From Octopus vulgaris (taxonomy: Eukaryota): 64,000 nt of DNA. This document shows positions 55,228-64,000 of the stretch, piece after piece. The stretch's first letter is position 1, and each line of letters starts with the position of its first letter. The notes beneath the pieces are model-generated. The model saw nothing but the letters and a program-made list of their open reading frames with translations, had not been told where the DNA came from and did not search any database. Location: the NCBI GenBank assembly GCA_951406725.2, contig OX597833.1:5456001-5520000 (forward strand), in the 5' to 3' direction. The position numbers were made by a program, and so were the translations under genes.

Positions 55228-56284
55228 AATGAATAAGCATATATATGACAGTTGCACACACACACACACGCACGCACACACACACTCGCACTCACACACA
55301 CACACATACACACTCGATCTCACAGACACAAATATGTATAAATATATTTTTTGTGCATCTGTATTTGTATTACATATGTAACTGTAAGTGTACCTGCGTA
55401 TATGAAGAACCCCAGGTGAAAAATAACATAATCTGCCGTCCCACACTCAATTACCAGGCAGGTGTATATTCTGGTGTATAGTCTCCGAAGACATCCCTCA
55501 CCTAAAATGCTAAGTACTTTCTCTCGTGGCATGTTAACATAATTTTGGTTTGCATGGATACATGCATATATTCTGTTCATCCACGTATACATACACACGT
55601 GTATATACACACACATACATTCATATGTACAAGCATACCGAAATTTCAAAGAGAAAAAAGGATAATTACAGACAGCTGTTTCGAAGTCCCTAGCTTATGT
55701 ATCCAGATTTAAATTTACATTTAAATCTATATTTAATGCGCTCGGTTTTGTAAGAATATACACGAGGTAAAATCTGGGAAAGCTAGGGTTTACGAGTAAA
55801 GAAATCAAGTAGCTAATTCGCATATTACAAATACAAGCTGTAAGGGGAACTGTAAAGATATGCAAGACTTTTCTCAAGTTTAAACGATAAATTTGATTTT
55901 GCTATCTACATTCCAGCAACGGAGCTTTGTATCTTAGCAACCAGTTCCTTCCTCGGGGACAGATTTCAAATAGTTAGGGTCAAGAACAAGATGCACGCAC
56001 ACGCACACTCACACACACGCGCACACACACGCGTGCACATTAGACACACACACGCATACAGATACACACTCACACACACATAAATGTGTGCGTGAGTGTG
56101 TCTATGTATGTTTGTGTGCGTGTTATGTGTGTATGCGTATGTGTTTGAGTATATGCGCGTATATGTATGTCAATGTTGGTGTGTGCCTGTCTCAAAACGT
56201 GAGCATGCGTTCTGTGTGTGTACGTGTATATGTGCACGTGTGCGTAAATCACATACCTTAACACTGCCCCACCCCCATTCAGCC

Positions 56285-57370
56285 AAAGGACCTTTGTCTT
56301 GCAAGATCATTGGTGGCATCACTAGTGCCGGTGCCACGGGGAAATGCATCCAGTACACTTGGAAAGTGGTTGGCTTTGTGAAGAGTATCAAACCGTAGAA
56401 GATACACAAAATCCGATATTGGGGCCCGGCGTAATTCGCTGGCACGTTGGATCCTGTCGAACCGTCAGACATGTGCCTGCATGGAAGACAGGCAGTAAAC
56501 GATGATAATGATGATGATGATGATGACGATGCTGCTGCTGATGATAAAGATGATGATGATGATGGTATAATGTTTGTACATATAGGTATGTATATGTGCG
56601 TGTGTGTGTGTGTGTCATCATCATCATCATCATCATCGTTTAACGTCTGTTTCCATGGTAGCATGGGTTGGACGATTTTGACTGAGGGCTGGCGAACCAG
56701 ATGTCTGCACCAGGCCCCAATCTTGATCTGACAGAGTTTCTACAGGTGGATGCCCTTCCTAACGCCAACCACTCCGAAAGTGTAGTGGGTGCTTTCTACG
56801 TGCCACCCGCACAGGTGCCAGTCAGGCGGTACTGGCAATGACCTCGCTCGAATCTTTTTACACATGCCACCGGCACAGGTGCCGTAAGGCGCCGTTGGTA
56901 ACGATCACGCTCGAATTTTACGTGCCACCGGCATGGAAGCCAGTTGGCTGCTCTGGCAAAGATCATGCTCAGATGGTGCTCTTGGCACCCTACTAGCACG
57001 GGCACAAGTGCCAGTAAGGCGACGCTGGTAACGATCACACTCGAATGGTGCCCTTTTATGTGCCACTGGCAGTTATATATGTGCTGTACGAAAGATGCTC
57101 ACTACGTTCAGCGGTGTTGTTACTGTCATTTCTCCTATCAGCAAGCCATCCATTCGCTTCGTGTCATCGAAAGGGGCGTCAAGTAAAAGATCCTTTACTT
57201 GAATAACAGGTAAGAGTTAGTGACAGCAAGGGCACCCAGCCGTAGAAAACTATACCAAAGCATACCCTGGAGCTCGGGGCAACCGTCTGGCTCGGCTGTC
57301 CTTATAGAACCGTCCAACCCATGCCAGCATGGAAAAGGACATTAGACGACGATGATGATGGCGATGATGA
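56285..57370. mobile_element. Cluster of three (GAT)n-tailed short retroelements (family D, RTE-like tail): + 56285-56520, - 56616-57070, + 57190-57370
   Basis: Shared AAGGGCA(T/C)CCA.C.GTAGAAA...CGTCCAACCCATGC.A.CATGGAAA..GAC.TTA.ACGATGATGAT. Another copy lies on minus at about 49785-49930. The RTE link is from recall. Confidence 0.65.
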
Positions 57371-57835
57371 TCATGGTGTATTTAGGGATTTCTCAGATTG
57401 TGTGTAACAAATAAGGTGTTACTTTACAACAGGAAGAAGACACGTTATTTTTCTCGTCTTCCCCCCACCCCCCAAAAATGTTTTGATGGATTCCTTCTAA
57501 TGACCCAAAATGTTACAAAACATCCGTTTAGTCCAACATCTGGCTCACAGACTGGCATTACTGCCCTATCATCACCCTATACCATAATTCCAGAATTTCT
57601 TGCAAAATATATTTCACATTTGCCAGCGCCAGTCAACACCAAATTTTATTTATTTTATTTTCTCATCACCTTATAAAATTAACACTTTGGTTTTTTTGTT
57701 GTTGTTGTTGCTGTTGCAGGTTTTTAAAATTTTGTATTTTGTATTTGCTTTTTTCTTGTTGGTTGTTGTTGTTGTTGTTGTTGTTGTTTCAACACATCTT
57801 CGCTAATAAGGCGAAAGAAAAATTGGAAGACTTAG

Positions 57836-58230
57836 AGGCAGAATCGTTATCGCTTAAAAACATTTTTTCGGGTTCTTTACGTTCTGAGTTCAAATTCCGC
57901 CAAGGTCGACTTTGCCTTTCATCCTTTCGACGTCGATGAAAAAAGTACCAGTTGAACACTGGGGTCGATGTAATCGACTTAGCCCCTCCTCCGAAATTAC
58001 TGGCCTTGGGCCTTTAGGCGGTAGACTGTCAGGATCGCTAATATATCGGGCAAAATGCTTAGCGATATTTCGTCGGTCTCAACGTTCTGAGTTCAAATTC
58101 CGCCGAGGTAGATCTTGTCTTTTTTCCGTTCTGGGTCGATAGAATAAGTACCAGTTGAGCACTGGAGTCGATGTAATCGGCTTACTCTCCCTCCTAAAGT
58201 TGCTGGCTTTGTGCCAAATTTTGAAACCAT
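57836..58230 (+). mobile_element. Two diverged SINE family A copies
   Basis: GTTCTGAGTTCAAATTCCGCC twice, each with a downstream AAGTACCAGTTGA.CACTGG. Confidence 0.75.
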
Positions 58231-58685
58231 TGTTATTATTATACTCACCAGCAAATGTTCTTCAATCTGTTGACAGTCGCTTGTCCTACACATATGGAAC
58301 ATTATATATTTCTAGTTGTCTTATATTCCAAGACTGATGTCTTTGGCCATAATCTTCGTTGACATGATGTCATCTCAGTTCTTTCTAGACGAGAGAGTAT
58401 GATATTTTTAATATCGTGCCAGGGCAAGATGCTACCATCGTGGCTTCTCTTTAAAACGAACCTGTACAATTTGTTAGTCGGATAAAGAGGAGTCTGGTGT
58501 TTATGGTTGCAAGTTTGGTAGGGAGACAATGGCGATGCATTAAAGTGTGAACAATGGGTATTTTGATGTGAGTGTGTAGATGAAGAGATAAGAAGAGCGG
58601 TAAGTGAAGAGAGGTGAGTAATGAATAATTAGTGGTGAATGGTGGAAAATTAGTGATGAGTAACGAGTGATTCGTGGTGTAAGGA

Positions 58686-59057
58686 ATAATCCTTTCTACT
58701 AAAGGTACAAGGCTGAAATTTTGGGGCCAGTCGATTTGATCGGCCCCAGTACGCAACTGGTACTTAATTTATCGACCACCCGAAAGGATGAGAGGCAAAG
58801 TTGACCTCGGTGGAATTTGAACTCAGAACGTAAAGACAGACGAAATACCTATTCCTATTTCTTTACTACCCACAAGGGGCTAAACACAGAAGGGACAAAC
58901 AAAGACAGACAAACAGATTAAGTAGATTATATCAACCCCAGTGCGTAACTGGTACTTATTTAATCGGCCCCGAAAGGATGAAAGGCAAAATCGACCTCGG
59001 CGGAATTTGAACTCAGAAGGTAACGGCAGACGAAATGCCGCTAAGCATTTCGCTCGG
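58686..59057 (-). mobile_element. SINE family A dimer
   Basis: Reverse-complement match, two units. Confidence 0.85.
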
Positions 59058-59182
59058 TGGTGTGAAGAATAAGGACTGATTAGTGGTGAGTGGTGAATCA
59101 TTAGTTGTGAGAGACGAATGCTAAGTGACGAATAATGAATGATTAATTCTGAGTGTTGAGTTGTAAATAGCGAAAGATTATT

Positions 59183-59526
59183 AAATTATTAGCTCTCTCC
59201 CATGATTATTAAATTTTCTTCAAGGTCATTAGTTATTTTCGAAGGTCATAAATTACCACTCAAGGTCATTAATAGTCTGCCAAATATCATTAATTATATC
59301 CCCAGGTCACTAGATATTTTCTAAGCTGATTAGCTACCATTTAATGAGAATAGTTATATGCCGAAGTCATTAGATGTTTCTCAAGGTAAATTAATCATTT
59401 TCAAAGATCATTAGGTATCCCCCAAGATCACGAGCTACTGCTCAATGTCATTAATAGTCTCCCAGAATCATTAACTTTCTCCCAAGGTCAAAATCCACCC
59501 TTCAAGGTCATTAGTTATATCCCAAA
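59183..59526. repeat. Degenerate 20-bp minisatellite (about 17 units), consensus CAAGGTCATTAGTTATNTYY
   Basis: Units in register at 59201, 59221, 59241, 59261 ... 59503. Confidence 0.8.
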
Positions 59527-59924
59527 TCTATATATATATAAAGCTGAAGTCGTCTGTGTGTGTTTGGCAGGTTTGGTAGCTTTCAACTAACACTATCTTC
59601 TCCGAGACCCTGCAGCGCAAGTTGACCAAAATTGAGAGTATGATAGAGGAAGGCTTGCTCTACCTTCCGTAGAAGAAAAAAATTCAAATCGGACCATGTT
59701 AACACCAACAATTATTTACATCAAAAAGGTGCTTTTTGTTCTATGAAAATCCCTATTTTTGACGATTTTTTTGACTGCTGTCTCATCATTTTTCGGTGTA
59801 TTTCAAGCAGAAAAATGTTCACTGAAAAGAATAACAAGCTACATAATGCAAAATGTTTACTTTTCAAAAATTCTAATTCTAAAGGGCCGAAACAAACCCG
59901 AGCAACGCCGGGCGATACTGCTAG
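59527..59924 (+). mobile_element. Non-autonomous Helitron
   Basis: Inserted between A and T. 5' TCTATATATATATAAAG; the 3' end AAACCCGAGCAACGCCGGGCGATACTGCTAG is identical to that of 47382-47781. Confidence 0.8.
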
Positions 59925-60902
59925 TTCTTTAATAAAATTAAATGAAATAACTCAAGCTATTGTCTATTGAGATCTTAGGTCTGATTTATAAACCCCGAAC
60001 ACCGTTGTGGACCTGTTAAAGGAGCAGCCCCTAATAAGAACACAAGCACTGCAGACAGATACCTTAGTTGGGAGGGTAACAAGTGGAGACTTAAATTTCG
60101 AGTTGTTTGTGTTAAGTGATAATAGGGCCACAGGCAGTGGTACTGGTATTTGGGGGTTTCATATAGGGGGCAGTGTATGAGAAAGTAGGAAAAGAACAGG
60201 TTATATCCTCTATCAGTTATGACAGGTATGTGTGTCACGTGAAGCAGGTGGTGGTGGTGGTGGTGGTGATGATGGTGATTATGATGTAGTGGTACAGGCA
60301 GTGGTGGTAATTGCGATCGGGGTGGTGGATAAGGTGCAGGTGTTAAAATGTGAAGATGGCAACAGATTATTAATAAAGGAGGGGACGAGATGAAACTAGA
60401 GATGGCGGCGATAAGGAAAGAATCCGCCATAACTCCAGCCCCCACCGCCCCTCCCTCCGTCCTCCCTCCTCCCTCCTCCCTTTGTCATCGTGGTGGCACG
60501 CAAAGAAACAGATGGTAAGAAATCACATAATACTTTATATCAATCCATTGTGGTTTTTATCTGTTTGGGAATGAGGTTTTGCGCAAGCTTCAGGGTGGCA
60601 GAGCTGATAACGGTGATAGGGAAATTACTCCACTGAAACTCAGTATTTACAATGTGCTGTGTTGTGTTTATGAGTTCAAATCCCAACGGGATCGGCTTCA
60701 TTTTTTATCCCCTCTCCGGGTGAGGGTAGGGTGCAGTATTATACATCTGTGTGAATATTCTGAAGGCGGTAAAGCAGCTTGTATGTTTCCTTGCAAATAA
60801 TGTCGTATGCTCTCCAAATATCACAATATGAAATATAATACAAATGTGTGTGTGTGTATGTCTTTTTTTTATAAATGCGTGTCTGTAAATATTTCTGAGT
60901 GA

Positions 60903-60949
<47 letters not shown>

Positions 60950-61111
60950 TATGTGCTTGTGTGTGTGTGTACATACATATGTATATACACACATACACAC
61001 ACATATCCGGCTTATTCATTCCCGTCTTTCATACACCGAAGTAGGTACTGTTCTGGATTCTATACAATAAATTTTCTTTTATTAAATTTGAAGGAATAAA
61101 AAGCAAACACA

Positions 61112-61197
<86 letters not shown>

Positions 61198-61199
<2 letters not shown>

Positions 61200-61380
61200 G
61201 TTAATCCAAACATGAACAAAGACAAAACACAACAACGCAAGGACGTGGAACAAGTATAGTGTTATTGTGAAAGGAAAGAAAGAAGGAGGATTTAACGTTT
61301 CGAGCGGTGCTCTTCGTCAGAAATATAGAAAAAGGAAAGGTCCAAAGAAGGGAAGACGGAGGAAGAAAATCGCCAGCAAT
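61198..61380 (-). mobile_element. Penelope-like terminal fragment (family P1) with hammerhead core at 61290-61324
   Basis: Minus strand AUUU-CUGACGA-A-GAGC-ACC-GCUC-GAAA-CGUU-AAAU. Confidence 0.65.
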
Positions 61381-61384
61381 ACAC

Positions 61385-61443
<59 letters not shown>

Positions 61444-61780
61444 TAATGAAATAGTCAAAGTGAATTTTATTCAGTCATCTGTGAAGTTGACATACGTGTT
61501 TCGATCTTTATTGCCTCGTCAGTGCAATGTGTAGTTGTCTTGCATTTAAAACCATACTGACATGTTTACACCAATTTAGCTTAAAACAATTATATCACTT
61601 GTAATCATGTGTCGTTAAAGAGATCAGACTTGATAATGTCGGTAAATTATGATGATGACAACCGACCGGATTGTACGAATGAAGGAATAATTAAGTTTAT
61701 GAGACGAGTTGAGTTTTAAAAATAAATATAACAAAAATAACATTAAAAAATTAAATAAACACACAAAAATAGGAAAATAT

Positions 61781-61946
61781 AGGCGCAGGAGTGGCTGTGT
61801 GGTAAGTAGCTTGCTAACCAACCACATGGTTCTAGGTTCAGTCCCATTGCGTAGCATCTTGGGCAAGTGTCTTCTGCTATAGCCCCGGGCCGACCAATGC
61901 CTTCTGAGTGGATTTGGTAGATGGAAACTGAAAGAAGCCCGTCGTA

Positions 61947-62001
<55 letters not shown>

Positions 62002-62220
62002 TTGTGTGTCTGTGTTTGTCCCCCTAGCATTGCTTGACAACCGATGCTGGTGTGTTTACGTCCCCGTTACTTAGCGGTTCGGCAAAAGAGACCGATAGAA
62101 TAAGTACTGGGCTTACAAAAGAATAAGTCCCGGGGTCGAGTTGTTCGATTAAAGGCGGTGCTCCAGCATGGCCGCAGTCAAATGACTGAAACAAGTAAAA
62201 GAGTAAAAGAGTAAAGAGTA
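61781..62220 (+). mobile_element. SINE family B, full length
   Basis: Consensus match with (AAAGAGT)n tail. Confidence 0.9.
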
Positions 62221-62646
62221 TACACGCTTATTTATTTAATTGGAAGAAATTTATTAATCCAACTCAAATTTCGGGCCACTACGATCTTGTCGCTTGAGGG
62301 TCGCGGTGACTTGAAACCTGAGTAGGGAACTCATACGAGGTTGACATCCTAGTTTAACATGTACTAAGCACTCTCCTCTCGATTATTCGACACAGACCGA
62401 CGTAGGAAGGATATATTTTACCATAGCCCCGGGTCAACCAAAGCCTTTTCAGTAGATTTGGTAGACGAAGTTGAAAGAGAACCGCCGTATGTATATAAAT
62501 ACATATATACATACGCGTGTGTGTGTGTGTCTGAAAACAAATTTCTTGTGCGCACAATCGGGTCCCCTTCACTTCCCTCGGCCCCGAATATCATCAAACA
62601 GTGAATACCAACATCCCTAACAACTATCTCTAATGCTGCACGTTTC

Positions 62647-62997
62647 CTACTACCACCACTACCACAACCACAACCACAACCACAACCTTGGCCATCTTCA
62701 GCACCGGCACAACCACCACCACTATTACTACTACTGCTGCTAAAGACACCACTACCACCACCCCCACGACCAACCCTACGAAGTCCACTGTACAACTCTT
62801 ATTACCACCACCACTACTACTACCACTACTATTGTCACTACTACCACCACCACCATCACTACTACTACTACTACCACCACCACCTCCATCAGTAGGACCA
62901 CCACCGCCACCATCGCCTTCACCACCACCACCACCACCACCACCACCACCACCACCACCACCACCGCCTTCACCACCACCACCACCACCACCACCGC
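62647..62997. repeat. (CAC/TAC)n tract
   Basis: Direct reading. Confidence 0.9.
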
Positions 62998-63244
62998 TTG
63001 TGAAGTATGTAAGATCTAAACTGGGTGAAATATTTAGCAAGAAGTAATCTGTTTTTAGATTGACTGATTCTGTGCTATGGCGACGGTGAGACACACACAC
63101 ACACACACACACTGCCGCGAATATATATGCACATATACACCCATACACACACACACGCACACACACACATCCACACTTACACACAGGCAGGTGCTCATGC
63201 ACGCACATACATAAACACATATATTCAAAAGTGAACGGAATCCA

Positions 63245-63275
<31 letters not shown>

Positions 63276-63321
63276 GATATGTGTGTGTGTGTGTATGTTG
63301 CCGTTATGATACACTAGTTAA

Positions 63322-63352
<31 letters not shown>

Positions 63353-63524
63353 TACACACACGCAAACGCACGCACATGTACATACGTATGTGATATCCTC
63401 CTGGGCCTCACTGTTGAAATGGTGACAAATTCTTGTACCTTCACAGATATACACATACTTATACGCCCGTTCCCGGCAGAAGCACATGCTAACACGCATG
63501 ATATATGTTTGTGTGTGAGTGTGC

Positions 63525-63584
<60 letters not shown>

Positions 63585-63752
63585 GTCAGTCTGTCTGTCT
63601 GTCTCTCCCTCTCTCGATGTATATATATATATATATATATACATACATGTGCTTTCACAAACCAACTTTCTTATCTATATATATTTATATATATATATAT
63701 GATATATACAAATAAGAATCTTGCAAAACGAATATAAACGTATATATATATA

Positions 63753-63822
<70 letters not shown>

Positions 63823-64000
63823 TATATACGTTTATATATATATATATATATATATATCTGTGTCTGTGTGTGTAACATGGATTGATAAGATAGATGAGAT
63901 AGGTAGATAGGCAGATCTTCGTATAGAGATGCATTTGGGCGGCTGCATCATGCTGAACCTTATGCAAGTGATGTTTATGTATTAGATTGTGTGTGTGCTT

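Noticed and set aside
56793-57070. CRISPR-like repeat-spacer appearance
   Set aside because: The variable parts are short related loops inside a eukaryotic retroelement, and there are no cas genes.

Overview
Eukaryotic, AT-rich, repeat-dominated DNA. I found no intact host protein-coding gene, rRNA, genuine tRNA or CRISPR array. The repeat content points to a coleoid cephalopod, most likely Octopus. That is inferred from recalled repeat families, not from a database search. The content includes abundant tRNA-headed SINEs (one with a Nin/Deu-like domain), a (TAA)n-targeted R4/Dong LINE, L1/Tx1 and CR1 relics, mariner/pogo/MULE MITEs, short Helitrons, Penelope-like tails and very dense microsatellites. 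Almost all supplied ORFs are microsatellite or SINE artefacts; only the R4/Dong RT-endonuclease and a gag-like zinc knuckle are real protein remnants. Four signals stand out. (1) About nine hammerhead-ribozyme motifs from several unrelated Penelope-like repeat families, with compensatory changes in stem I. (2) A ~100-nt structured motif present three times in different contexts, with covarying stems that I cannot assign to a known RNA class. (3) Recurrent local templated duplications of 55-235 bp, inverted and direct, at repeat junctions. (4) Weakly supported exons of one or two host transcription units (8600-8687 with 25910-25992; 46260-46436 with 49343-49462). All boundaries were read by eye and are approximate for degenerate repeats.
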